This document shows, in pieces, positions 19,700 to 27,808 of a stretch of DNA of 64,000 bases. The notes under the pieces are model-generated. The model made no database searches and was not told where the DNA came from. It worked only from the letters and a program-made list of their open reading frames with translations. The DNA comes from Acetobacteraceae bacterium. GTDB lineage: Bacteria > Bacillota > Sulfobacillia > JAIMBG01. Positions within the stretch are counted from its first letter, which is position 1. Each line of letters opens with the position of its first letter. The DNA lies in assembly GCA_023511555.1 (NCBI GenBank), contig JAIMBG010000001.1, forward strand, positions 961 to 64,960, given 5' to 3'. The position numbers and the translations under genes were made by a program.

Positions 19700-20953
19700 C
19701 TAAAGGCCGGCCCTGATCTCCACCCCTTCCCTGAGCCACCCCGCGATGAAGCACGCCGGGCTGCGGGAGCCCTGGGCGATCCACTCCCGCAGCAGCGCCC
19801 CGGCCTCCCTGCACCGGAACCACTCCCGTCCCAGGCGGCGCCGGAGGTCTGCAGTGAGCGCCGCAGAAAGGCAGGTGGAGAGGAGGTAGACGAGCCAGGA
19901 GTGCGCCGTGCCGGGCTCGGCCAGCCAGAACCCTGGTGAAAAGGGCGCGCTCAGCGCCTCCGCCTGCCCTCGGGCGTAGCCCTCCAGCGCCGCTGGGGCG
20001 TCCTCCCCGGCGTCCCGAGCGGCCTCCAGCGCGAACCGCCAGTTGGCCGCTGCAGCCCGGCGGGGCATCAGCCGGCTGAGCCGGGCCCAGCCGGAAAGCC
20101 CCGCCATCCAGGGGCCCGCCCAGGCGAGGTCACGCCCGAGCTGGCCCAGCAGGTGGGCGAAGCCCTCAGCCACCGCTATCCCGGACGTTCCCGTCCCCTT
20201 GGTCCCGGCGTGGGCGAACTGGAGCGCGTGCCCCGTCTCGTGCAGCAGCGTCACCACGTCGGCGTAGCGGCCGGAGAGCTCCACCGCTGCCACCGCCGCC
20301 CCGTTCTGCACTGAACACCTGCCACGCGAGGCCTGGCCCCGGCAGAGGAGGAGGCGCACCGGCATGAGTGCCCCCTCCAGCACCCCCATCTCCGCCAGCG
20401 TGTCTCCGATCCGGCCCACGGCCTCCCCCGGCGCCGGGGCCGCGGGCGGGCCCCCGTCCAGGAGGAACCGCGCCGCCGCGGCCAGGCTGGGGAAGGGCGG
20501 CGGCGGGTCTGCGGCCTCCAGCATCGCCCCGGCCAGGGCGCCGGTGTCGGAGGGCCCCAAGCCCAGGCGCTGGGCGCCGTGGCGCTCCAGCCAGGAGACA
20601 AGCCGCCGGAGCGGTCCGCCCGCAAACGCCCGGTACTGGCGCACCACCGCCTCTCCGGCAGCGGCCACCGCTGCGGCGAGCCCCCGCTCCCGCCGCTCCC
20701 CTTCGGGGTACGGTGCCGCCACCCACCGCAGGAGCTGGGTGCCCTGACCGGTCCAGCCCGTAAGCCTTCGCGCCACCCGGTGGAGGAGCTGGAACCGCGC
20801 GCTAAGCTCCTCTTCGCCGGCCGCGATGTTGGCCGCGTCCTCCGCCACCGCCCCGCCCAGCCCCGACGCCGCGATGAGCCGCAGGCTCCCCGCATCGGCC
20901 ACCGGGCTGCCCAGGGCGGGGAGCCGGGCCACCTCTTCCCACTCTATCCCCAT
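19700..20953 (-). CDS. HExxH zinc metallopeptidase (unassigned family)
   Basis: LLHETGHALQF (HExxH) with a downstream Glu candidate (AEGFAH); ~417 aa, cytoplasmic. Starts 6 nt after the queA stop. Confidence 0.55.
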   Translation of the reverse strand: MGIEWEEVARLPALGSPVADAGSLRLIAASGLGGAVAEDAANIAAGEEELSARFQLLHRVARRLTGWTGQGTQLLRWVAAPYPEGERRERGLAAAVAAAGEAVVRQYRAFAGGPLRRLVSWLERHGAQRLGLGPSDTGALAGAMLEAADPPPPFPSLAAAARFLLDGGPPAAPAPGEAVGRIGDTLAEMGVLEGALMPVRLLLCRGQASRGRCSVQNGAAVAAVELSGRYADVVTLLHETGHALQFAHAGTKGTGTSGIAVAEGFAHLLGQLGRDLAWAGPWMAGLSGWARLSRLMPRRAAAANWRFALEAARDAGEDAPAALEGYARGQAEALSAPFSPGFWLAEPGTAHSWLVYLLSTCLSAALTADLRRRLGREWFRCREAGALLREWIAQGSRSPACFIAGWLREGVEIRAGL

Positions 20954-20959
20954 CGGGGC

Positions 20960-21985
20960 TCACCTGATCAGCAGGGCGTCCCCGAAGTCGTAGAACCGGT
21001 AGCCGGCGTCCCGCGCCCGCCGGTAGCACTCCTTCATGAGGTCCACGCCGATGAGCGCCGCGGTGACCAGAAGGCCCGTGCTCCGGGGCGGATGGAGGTT
21101 GGTGACCAGCCCGGTGATGCATCGCACCCGGTACCCGGGGTACATGTAGAGGTCGGACATGCCCTTCATGGGGCGGACGCGGCCGGTCCCGTCCGCCGCG
21201 GTCTCCAGGGTGCGGGCGACGGTGGTCCCGATGGCTACCACCCGCTTCCCCGCGGCCCGGGCGCGGTTCACCGCTTCGGCGGTGTCGGGCGGCACCTCTA
21301 TTTCTTCGCCGTGCATCACGTGGTCCTCGACGTGCTCCACGGTTATCGGGGCTGAGCCCAGACCGATGTGGAGCGTGATGTATTTCATGTCGATGCCGGC
21401 CTGGGCCAGGCTGTCGATGACCCGTGGCGTGAAGTGCAGGCCGGCGGTGGGCGGCAGCCCCGACCCCGGCTCCCGGGCGTAGACCGTGTCGTAGAGCGCC
21501 CGCTCGCGGACCTTTTGGTCGGCGAACACCGGCAGGGCCAGCTCCCCGATCTTCTCCACCGCGGCGTAGAAGTCGCCCTCGCAGGTGAAGCGGATTATCC
21601 AGTGCGTCATGGGGCCGATCTGCTCCGGCTCCAGCAGCTCCCCGGTTACGCCCTCACCGAAGAACAGCCGCTCTCCGGGGCCCAGCCCCCTCGCCGGTCG
21701 TACCTGGCAGCACCACACGTCGGGCGCCCGCCGCGAGACCAGCACCACCAGGAGCTCGCGACCGTCGGCCCGCCGCCCCGGCAGACGGCAGGGGATGACC
21801 TGGCTGTCGTTGGCGACGAGCAGGTCTCCCGGGTCCAGGAAGCCCGCGATATCGCGAAAGATCGCGTGCTCTATCGCACCCGTGGCCCTGGTGAACACCA
21901 TGAGGCGGCACTGGTCCCGGTCGGCCAGGGGCACCCGGCCGATCTGCTCCACTGGCACGTCGATGCTGAGCTCGTCGACCCTCAT
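20960..21985 (-). CDS. queA: S-adenosylmethionine:tRNA ribosyltransferase-isomerase QueA (paralog 1)
   Basis: Collinear with E. coli QueA as I recall it (MRVDELSIDVP…YDTVYAREPGSGLPPTAGLHFT…VAIGTTVARTLE…YRFYDFGDALLI). ATG 21985 preferred; the track's 21994 is a GTG. Confidence 0.8.
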   Translation of the reverse strand: MRVDELSIDVPVEQIGRVPLADRDQCRLMVFTRATGAIEHAIFRDIAGFLDPGDLLVANDSQVIPCRLPGRRADGRELLVVLVSRRAPDVWCCQVRPARGLGPGERLFFGEGVTGELLEPEQIGPMTHWIIRFTCEGDFYAAVEKIGELALPVFADQKVRERALYDTVYAREPGSGLPPTAGLHFTPRVIDSLAQAGIDMKYITLHIGLGSAPITVEHVEDHVMHGEEIEVPPDTAEAVNRARAAGKRVVAIGTTVARTLETAADGTGRVRPMKGMSDLYMYPGYRVRCITGLVTNLHPPRSTGLLVTAALIGVDLMKECYRRARDAGYRFYDFGDALLIR

Positions 21986-22043
21986 CGCTCTCACTACCTC
22001 TATTAAGGGGTGGCTCTATGCGAAGCGGGGGCTAACTATCAGG

Positions 22044-22073
22044 CCCCGCACGCGCCTTGCGGCGCGCGCGGGG
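22044..22073 (-). other. Very stable GC hairpin (13-bp stem, GCAA loop) after the small ORF; candidate stabilizer/attenuator, no U-tract
   Basis: Minus-strand CCCCGCGCGCGCC-GCAA-GGCGCGTGCGGGG, 13 pairs with one G·U, starting 10 nt after the TAG of the 25-codon ORF. Confidence 0.35.
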
Positions 22074-22082
22074 AGCCGCGGC

Positions 22083-22160
22083 CTACATCAGCTTGCACGA
22101 CAAGGTAAGCTCCTTGAAGAGCTCCACCTTGGCGCACAGAGGCTTGACATAAGCCTTCAA
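22083..22160 (-). CDS. Candidate 25-aa precursor peptide, PqqA-like (MKAYVKPLCAKVELFKELTLSCKLM), TTG start
   Basis: TTG start 6 nt after a strong AAGGGAGGTG SD and 19 nt after the PqqD-like stop. Not in the ORF track (below its length cutoff). Resembles PqqA in the KP…E-x-T-L motif; a stable hairpin follows. Confidence 0.3.
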   Translation of the reverse strand: MKAYVKPLCAKVELFKELTLSCKLM

Positions 22161-22179
22161 CGGGTTCACCTCCCTTCTT

Positions 22180-22470
22180 TTAGGCGGGCGTCCCGCCCGA
22201 GAGCTGGACAAGGCCCCTCTCGAGCAGGACGCCTATGAGCTCTTTCACGTCTGCCTCGGCCGTCGCCGGGTCGCACTCAAACCCGGCGCAGATCTCCCTG
22301 ACCATGTCGGCGACAGTCGACTTGCTGTCTGCCAGCTCCCAGACCACGGCCGCCGTCGCGTTAAGCTGGTAGTAAGACTCGTTCTCCGGGTCCATGAGCA
22401 CAATGTCGTCGCCCACGTTGGTCCAGCGGATCCTCTCCGTCCGGGTCAGCACCGTGTTGGAATCAATCAT
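22180..22470 (-). CDS. PqqD-family protein (RiPP recognition element-like peptide chaperone)
   Basis: 96 aa; …WTNVGDDIVLMDPENESYYQLNATAAVVWELADSKSTVADMVREICAGFECDPATAEADVKELIGVLLERGLV is the PqqD/RRE pattern. GGAGGGAG RBS. Confidence 0.75.
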   Translation of the reverse strand: MIDSNTVLTRTERIRWTNVGDDIVLMDPENESYYQLNATAAVVWELADSKSTVADMVREICAGFECDPATAEADVKELIGVLLERGLVQLSGGTPA

Positions 22471-22489
22471 GCCCCGCCTCTCCCTCCGG

Positions 22490-23566
22490 TCAGATCATTA
22501 GGGTGGTGTCCCCAAACTCGTAAAAGCGGTACCTCTGCGCCACCGCCTCCCGGTAGGCCGAAAGCACGAGTTCCCGCCCGGCGAACGCCGCTACCAGCAG
22601 GAGCCGGGTGCTGCGGGGCTGGTGGAAGTTGCTGATGATGGCGTCGCAGGCCTTAAACCTAAAGCCCGGGTAGATGAACAGCCCCGCCCAGCCCGACCCG
22701 GCCCGCACTACGCCGTCGTCCCCCGTTGCTGTCTCCAGGGTGCGCACGCAGGTGGTGCCGCAGGCGAACACGCGGCCGCCCGCGGCGCGCCGGCGATTTA
22801 TCTCGGCCGCGGCCTGGGGAGACACCTCGTACCACTCGGGCAGCATGGTGTGCTGGGTATAGTCCTCCATCTCGATGGGCAGCGAGCTCACCCCCACGTG
22901 GAGCGTGAGCCGGGTTATGGCCGTGCCCTGGGAGGCGATCCTGTCCAGCAGTTCGGGGGTGAAGTGCCGGCCGGCGGCGGGAAGCTCCGTGGACCCCGGG
23001 TTTTGGGCGTACACCGTCTGGTACTGCTCGAAGTCCCTGGGCTCCCGGATATACATAGAGTAGGACGGGCGGCCCAGCTCGCTCAGCACCGGCCACAGCA
23101 GGTCAGGATCGCTGAACTCCACCCGCCAGGCCCGCGCCCCCACCTGCTCCACCAGCCGCCCGGAAAGCCTCTTGCCGAAGGTGAGGCGGAGCCCCTGGCG
23201 GGCCGCCCGCGGCGGCCGCACCAGGCAGTGCCAGGTGCCGTCGGGGCAGCGGGAGAAGATGTTGAGCGTAACCCGGGCCCCGTCGTCCCGGGTCCCGGGG
23301 AGGAGGCTGTTTATCACCCGCGAGTCGTTTATGACCAAGACGTCGCCGGGGAGGAGGTACTCCACGATGTCGCAGAAGCGGCGGTGCTCCAGGACGCCCC
23401 TTCGGCGGTGGATGACCAAAAGGCGCGACTGGTCGCGGCTTAACCCCTGGTTTTCCACCGGCTCCCGGGCTACGAGCTCCATGGGCAGGTCGAACTCGTA
23501 CTCTGAGAGCCTGTGAAGCCTGGCTTCCTGCGGGATGACGCTGGGGGTCGTGGCTTCACTGTTCAT
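22490..23566 (-). CDS. QueA-family ribosyltransferase-isomerase paralog 2, possibly recruited to a secondary pathway
   Basis: Full-length QueA homolog (…EFDLPMELVAREP…LLVINDSRVI…YQTVYAQNPGSTELPAAGRHFT…FACGTTCVRTLE…YRFYEFGDTTLMI). Overlaps the upstream kinase stop; lies 19 nt from PqqD. Confidence 0.75.
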   Translation of the reverse strand: MNSEATTPSVIPQEARLHRLSEYEFDLPMELVAREPVENQGLSRDQSRLLVIHRRRGVLEHRRFCDIVEYLLPGDVLVINDSRVINSLLPGTRDDGARVTLNIFSRCPDGTWHCLVRPPRAARQGLRLTFGKRLSGRLVEQVGARAWRVEFSDPDLLWPVLSELGRPSYSMYIREPRDFEQYQTVYAQNPGSTELPAAGRHFTPELLDRIASQGTAITRLTLHVGVSSLPIEMEDYTQHTMLPEWYEVSPQAAAEINRRRAAGGRVFACGTTCVRTLETATGDDGVVRAGSGWAGLFIYPGFRFKACDAIISNFHQPRSTRLLLVAAFAGRELVLSAYREAVAQRYRFYEFGDTTLMI

Positions 23567-24545
23567 GGGGGCTGCCCACCTCCCAGCTCAGGATCTCGTT
23601 GACTCGCCTTCCGGCGGCCGTGATGTGGAGCGAGGCGCGGTACTTGTCCGGGGTGAGGTGAAAGCAGGCTATCATCTGCCGGATCTCCTCCAGAAGGGCG
23701 TAGATAGCGCTGCGGCGGGGCCAGGACGCCGTCGCCGGCCGTCGTCTGCGGAAGGCCCGCTCCACCAGGGGATAAAAGTCGCCCCAGTTGGTGAACCCCG
23801 CCAGCTCTACGTCGGCATCGGCGAACTGCGCGTGCTCCAGGTCTATGACCCCCACGATGCTGGTCTGGCCGGGAGGTCCGTCGACCATGACGTTGGACAT
23901 GTTGGCCAGGTTGCCGTGGACGAAGGCCGGGCGGATCTCGGGGTCGTCGATGGCCCGGGCCGCGATCTCCTTGAGCTTGAGCAGCCTGTCCGCCGGTACC
24001 CCGGCCACAAAGCCCAGGTAGTTCAGGCGCAGAAACCCCCGCTCCCGGAAGAACGATGCCCAGGTGGGGAAGCCCTGCAGCAGCCCGCGATGATCGATCC
24101 AGCCGAACAGCGGCGCCTCGATCTCGGCCAGGTCGGCCAGCAGCTCCCCCATCTTCCCGGCCAGGCGCTCCCGCTCCGCGACGGTAAGCGTGTCCCAGGC
24201 CAGGTGGAGGGGCGTGCCCGGCATCTTCTCCATGAGCACGTATGCCCTGCCGGCGGCGCCCGCCTCCCCCGAGGCCCCATGGACCCGGGGCACCCGCACC
24301 CGGGACATCCCCAGCACCAGGCGGCTGAGGTGGGGTTCCTTGAGGAGCTGCTGTTGGTTCTCCAGCCGGGCATTCTCCGGCGCCACCTTCATGATGTAGG
24401 TGCCGGCGGTGCACTCCACCTCGTAGACCGTGTTGCAGCGGCCGCCCCCCAGCTCCTTCACCCCGGTGAGCTCACCGCCGAGGTGCCGTTCCACCGCCCG
24501 CCGGATAACGTCCCGGTCCACTTCGGCCTTCAGCGTGGACTCCAC
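23556..24545 (-). CDS. Phosphotransferase-family kinase (APH/choline-kinase-like fold)
   Basis: GTG 24545 after an AGGAGG RBS. N-lobe …ELGGGRCNTVYEVECTAGTYIMKV…, Brenner-like HGNLANMSNVMV, DxxxxN-type …VIDLEHAQFAD… Maximal ORF to 24770 is an antisense extension. Confidence 0.7.
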   Translation of the reverse strand: MESTLKAEVDRDVIRRAVERHLGGELTGVKELGGGRCNTVYEVECTAGTYIMKVAPENARLENQQQLLKEPHLSRLVLGMSRVRVPRVHGASGEAGAAGRAYVLMEKMPGTPLHLAWDTLTVAERERLAGKMGELLADLAEIEAPLFGWIDHRGLLQGFPTWASFFRERGFLRLNYLGFVAGVPADRLLKLKEIAARAIDDPEIRPAFVHGNLANMSNVMVDGPPGQTSIVGVIDLEHAQFADADVELAGFTNWGDFYPLVERAFRRRRPATASWPRRSAIYALLEEIRQMIACFHLTPDKYRASLHITAAGRRVNEILSWEVGSPHEQ

Positions 24546-24577
24546 GCCGCCACCCCTCCTAAGCCGGGGAGATCGCT

Positions 24578-25996
24578 CTAGGAGGCCAACACCAGTTGCG
24601 GAGCCGCCTCTCTCCACGCCCTGTCCCGGTCGAATCGCACATATAGCCCCTGGGGGTCGAAGTCCGCCGGCGGATGGCCCCCGTGGCAGAAGAAGAGGTA
24701 GAGGAAAAGGTCGGCGGTGAACCTCTGCAGCCTGTCGGGATAGAGCCACCTCAGCGGGTGGCTGTCCCACTCCACCCCCGGGAGCGCGGCGACGGCCCCG
24801 GCCACCGCCGCCCTGAGCCCCGCAGCGGCGTCGGGCAGGCCCACCTTGTTGCGGGATGCCACCGCCTCACCCAGGCCTCCGGGGAGCAGGGCCCGCACCA
24901 GGTCACGCAGGGGCCGCTTGGTGACCCCGCCGCGCACCAGTTCCCCGGGCGTCTGAGCCAGGGCGTAGTCGATCACCTGGGGGTCGAGGTAGGGAAAGGC
25001 CACCGGGGTGGGAGCCGCCTCCACGCGGGCGGTCCGCAGGTGAAGGTGGGGCAGCCGCTCGGTGAGGTTCATCCAGTAGAGCGCCCGGAACAGATCGGCG
25101 TTGCCCAGCCGCTCCCACTCCCCGATGCGGGCAGCCACCTCAGAGGCGCCTGGCACCTCGCCCCCCCGCGCCCGTAATAGGGCGTCCAGCCGCCGTCTCA
25201 GCCCCTCCACGTACAGCCGGGGGTGGGGGTAGATCCACCAGTACCCCGCGAAGAGTTCGTCAGCACCCTCGCCGCACAGCACCACCGGGACGGTGCCACG
25301 GACGGCGCCGCAGGCGGCCGCCACGCTGCCGGTCAGTATGCGGGGCGAGGCTATGAGCCGCACTACCTGGCACCACCTGTCCAGCGGGGAGCCGGCCGGC
25401 TCCACCATGACCTCCAGGCCCTGGATCACCAAATGCTGGCACACCCGGCGGGCCATGCCGCGGTCGGCCCGGCTGGACTCATCGCCGGATATGGCAGTGA
25501 CCGCCACCAGCGGCACGCTTGCCACCCGCGCCGCCCGGCGGGCCAGGACGGCCAAAAGCGTGGAGTCGACCCCGCCGGACAGCAGCACCGCTCCCCCGCC
25601 GTAGATTGCGGCCGAGACGGCGTTGTACAGCCTCGCCTCCAGGCCGGGTCCGTCGCCCCTTTCCGGAGCTGGGGGCGGGGGCGGCACTGACACTTCGACC
25701 TCCAGCCGCCCCCAGGGCGCAAACCGCGCCCTCACTGAGCCCCCCGGAGGCACCTGGCGCACGGCGCGGAAGACGGTGCGGGTCCCAGTGGGAAAGCCGA
25801 GGACGGCCTCCTCCACCAGCGCCGCGGAGTCCAGCCTGCGGTCCACGGCGGGATCAGCCAGGATCGCCGCCATCTCGTCGGCCCAGAGCAGGGTGCGGCC
25901 GTCACAGGTCAGAGCATAGTACAGCGCGTCCTGCCCGAACCAGCTTCGGGTCAAGACCAGCTCGCCGTCGCCCGAAAAGCGGCCCGCCCGGTTCAT
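24578..25996 (-). CDS. Asparagine synthetase (AsnB) C-terminal-domain homolog lacking the glutaminase domain; candidate ATP-dependent amide/lactam synthetase
   Basis: PP-loop LLSGGVDSTLLAVL and AsnB motif CGEGADELFAGYWW. N-terminus MNRAGRFSG… (ATG 25996) has no Cys2 nucleophile and only ~110 aa precede the PP-loop. Maximal ORF to 26419 is an antisense artefact. Confidence 0.7.
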   Translation of the reverse strand: MNRAGRFSGDGELVLTRSWFGQDALYYALTCDGRTLLWADEMAAILADPAVDRRLDSAALVEEAVLGFPTGTRTVFRAVRQVPPGGSVRARFAPWGRLEVEVSVPPPPPAPERGDGPGLEARLYNAVSAAIYGGGAVLLSGGVDSTLLAVLARRAARVASVPLVAVTAISGDESSRADRGMARRVCQHLVIQGLEVMVEPAGSPLDRWCQVVRLIASPRILTGSVAAACGAVRGTVPVVLCGEGADELFAGYWWIYPHPRLYVEGLRRRLDALLRARGGEVPGASEVAARIGEWERLGNADLFRALYWMNLTERLPHLHLRTARVEAAPTPVAFPYLDPQVIDYALAQTPGELVRGGVTKRPLRDLVRALLPGGLGEAVASRNKVGLPDAAAGLRAAVAGAVAALPGVEWDSHPLRWLYPDRLQRFTADLFLYLFFCHGGHPPADFDPQGLYVRFDRDRAWREAAPQLVLAS

Positions 25997-26013
25997 TCCC
26001 TTGCCCCCCTGTC

Positions 26014-27555
26014 TCACTCCTGTCCGAGTTGGCCGGCCGCCGCGCCCGGGGCCGGGCCCCTGGCCCCCACCAGGGCCAGCCGGTCCACCTTCCCCGAAGG
26101 GGTGCGGGGGAGCGCGGGCAGGAACTCCACGTCGCGCGGAACCATGTGCTCCGGCAGCACCCTGCGGCAGTGCTCGAACAGCTCCGCCTGCTCCAGGGGC
26201 CGCCGGGCCACCACGAAGACCCGCACCACCTCGCCCCAGACCCGGTTCCTGTCCCACACCACGGCGGCCTCGGCCACATCGGGGTGGGCCAGGAGCGCCT
26301 TCTCGATCGTCTCTCCCGAGACCTGAACCCCGGCGAACTTCACCATGTTTCGCGTCCGCCCGATGAGCTCCAGGCGGCCCTGCTCGTCGAACCGCCCCAG
26401 GTCCCCGGCGTGGGCCCACTCGCCCCGGTAGTGCTCCGCCGTGTCCTGCGGGCGCCGGTAGTAGCCGCTGGAGAGCCGGCCGTCAGGTGTGCGCAGGGAG
26501 TGCACCCAGACCTCACCCACGCCGGGGGCAAGGCCCTCGGCGTCAGCGCGCGCCGGCAGGATGCGGATCTCGCACCCGGGAAGCGGCCGGCCGACGAACC
26601 TCCAGTTCGACTCAGGGTCGTCGTCCCAGTTGAGGCAGGCCTGGCTGTACTCCCCGGAGCCGTAGTTGTTGTGGAGGTGGTGGCCGAAGCGGGAGAAGAA
26701 CTCGTCCCCCATCTTGGGGAAGAACGACGCCCCCACCATGCAGAGCCGCGTCCTCGGCCAGGTCATGCGTCCCGGGGCGGCGTCCATCAGCGCCCGGTAC
26801 ATGAACCCGATCCCCACCAGGTAGGTGAGTGTGCCGGAGGCGCACGCCCGGAGCACCTCGCGGGGGTTGAACCGGTCCTGCAGCAGCACCGTGGCCTGCG
26901 ACATCAGCGCCGAGAGGAACACCTGGTCCCGGCCGAAGCCGTTGAGGAAGGGGAGAGCCCCCAGTATCACGTCGTCGCGGGTGCAGTAGGTCGACTCGGC
27001 GGAGTGAACCACCCTGGCCCGCAACTGGTCGCTGGTGATCATGATCAGCTTGGGGATGCCGGTGCTGCCCGAGGTGGGACAGAGGACGGCCGTCCCCGGC
27101 ACCGGCGGTTCGGGATCGGGGGCCCGCGCCTCGCGCTTCGCGGGCGCAGCAGCCCAGAGGCTCTCCCCGGACTCGTCCACCATCAGCATGCGGGTGGGCA
27201 GGGGGGCCAGGATGTCCTGAACCAGCCCGGCGTGCTCCGGGGTGGTGACCAGGTAGCGCGCCCCGCTCTCCTCTATCAGCGCCGCCATAACGTGGCGGTG
27301 GTAGCTGGGGCTGAGCGGGAGCATCACCGCCCGGATGCGGCTCAGCGCGCAGAACGCCACGGGGAACGCCGGGGTGTTGCTCAAGAGCAGCACCACGTGG
27401 TCGCCAGGGCTCACGCCCTGATGCCTGAAGTCCAGAAGACGGGCCTCGGCCCGGCGGAGGAACTCGGCGTAGGTGATTTCCGTCCCCCGCCACAGGTAGG
27501 CCGGGTGGCCGGGGCGCTCGGCGGCCGCCTTCTCCAGCCAGTCAAACGGCACCAC
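26014..27555 (-). CDS. ANL-superfamily adenylating enzyme (acyl/aryl-CoA ligase or carrier-protein-loading adenylation enzyme)
   Basis: A3-like TSGSTGIPK, A5-like NNYGSGE, A7/A8-like YRGEWAHAGDLGRFDEQGRLELIGRTRNMVKFAGVQV. GTG 27555 sits 7 nt after the ACP stop, with a GGGTGAGGGAG RBS. Confidence 0.75.
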   Translation of the reverse strand: MVPFDWLEKAAAERPGHPAYLWRGTEITYAEFLRRAEARLLDFRHQGVSPGDHVVLLLSNTPAFPVAFCALSRIRAVMLPLSPSYHRHVMAALIEESGARYLVTTPEHAGLVQDILAPLPTRMLMVDESGESLWAAAPAKREARAPDPEPPVPGTAVLCPTSGSTGIPKLIMITSDQLRARVVHSAESTYCTRDDVILGALPFLNGFGRDQVFLSALMSQATVLLQDRFNPREVLRACASGTLTYLVGIGFMYRALMDAAPGRMTWPRTRLCMVGASFFPKMGDEFFSRFGHHLHNNYGSGEYSQACLNWDDDPESNWRFVGRPLPGCEIRILPARADAEGLAPGVGEVWVHSLRTPDGRLSSGYYRRPQDTAEHYRGEWAHAGDLGRFDEQGRLELIGRTRNMVKFAGVQVSGETIEKALLAHPDVAEAAVVWDRNRVWGEVVRVFVVARRPLEQAELFEHCRRVLPEHMVPRDVEFLPALPRTPSGKVDRLALVGARGPAPGAAAGQLGQE

Positions 27556-27562
27556 GGCTCCC

Positions 27563-27805
27563 TCACCCCTCTTCGGCCGGCCGGGAGGCACGCACCAGGT
27601 CCGCCCATGCCCTGGCGGACCGGGGCCGCCTGCGGCGAAGCTCATCCTCCTCGATCAGCACTCCGAAACGGCGCTCCAGCGAAACCACAAGCTGGATGAG
27701 GTCCATTGAGGCCAGCTCCAGCTCGCGATCGGGGTCGTCCCGGCCGTACGCCAGGTGAGGCATGGCCTCAAGCTCCGCCAAAACGCCTTCCAGGACCTGA
27801 TCCAA
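27563..27805 (-). CDS. Acyl/peptidyl carrier protein (phosphopantetheine attachment site)
   Basis: 80 aa; …ELASMDLIQLVVSLERRFGV… matches the carrier-protein helix-II Ser motif. TTG start after GGAGGGA, directly downstream of the SBP stop. Confidence 0.65.
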   Translation of the reverse strand: MDQVLEGVLAELEAMPHLAYGRDDPDRELELASMDLIQLVVSLERRFGVLIEEDELRRRRPRSARAWADLVRASRPAEEG

Positions 27806-27808
27806 GTC

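Noticed and set aside
20960-26000. Lasso-peptide cluster interpretation (AsnB-like 'C', PqqD-like 'B1')
   Set aside because: No transglutaminase-like B2 protease is adjacent. The only short ORF is 25 aa, with no Gly/Cys-1 … Asp/Glu-7-9 core and no room for leader plus core. A carrier protein plus ANL enzyme precede the AsnB-like gene. The ensemble does not fit the lasso paradigm, although the AsnB-like enzyme may still make an amide or lactam.
25519-27699. 726-aa plus-strand ORF and many other long antisense ORFs (e.g. 10262..11416, 12719..13945, 18172..19125, 22622..23443, 31111..32736, 32540..33712, 34588..35511)
   Set aside because: Each lies opposite a gene with clear family motifs (ANL ligase, AsnB-like, Liv permeases, SBP_bac_5, nucleotidase, MFS). 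Their translations are Arg/Pro/Gly-rich with no motifs. They are artefacts of high GC.
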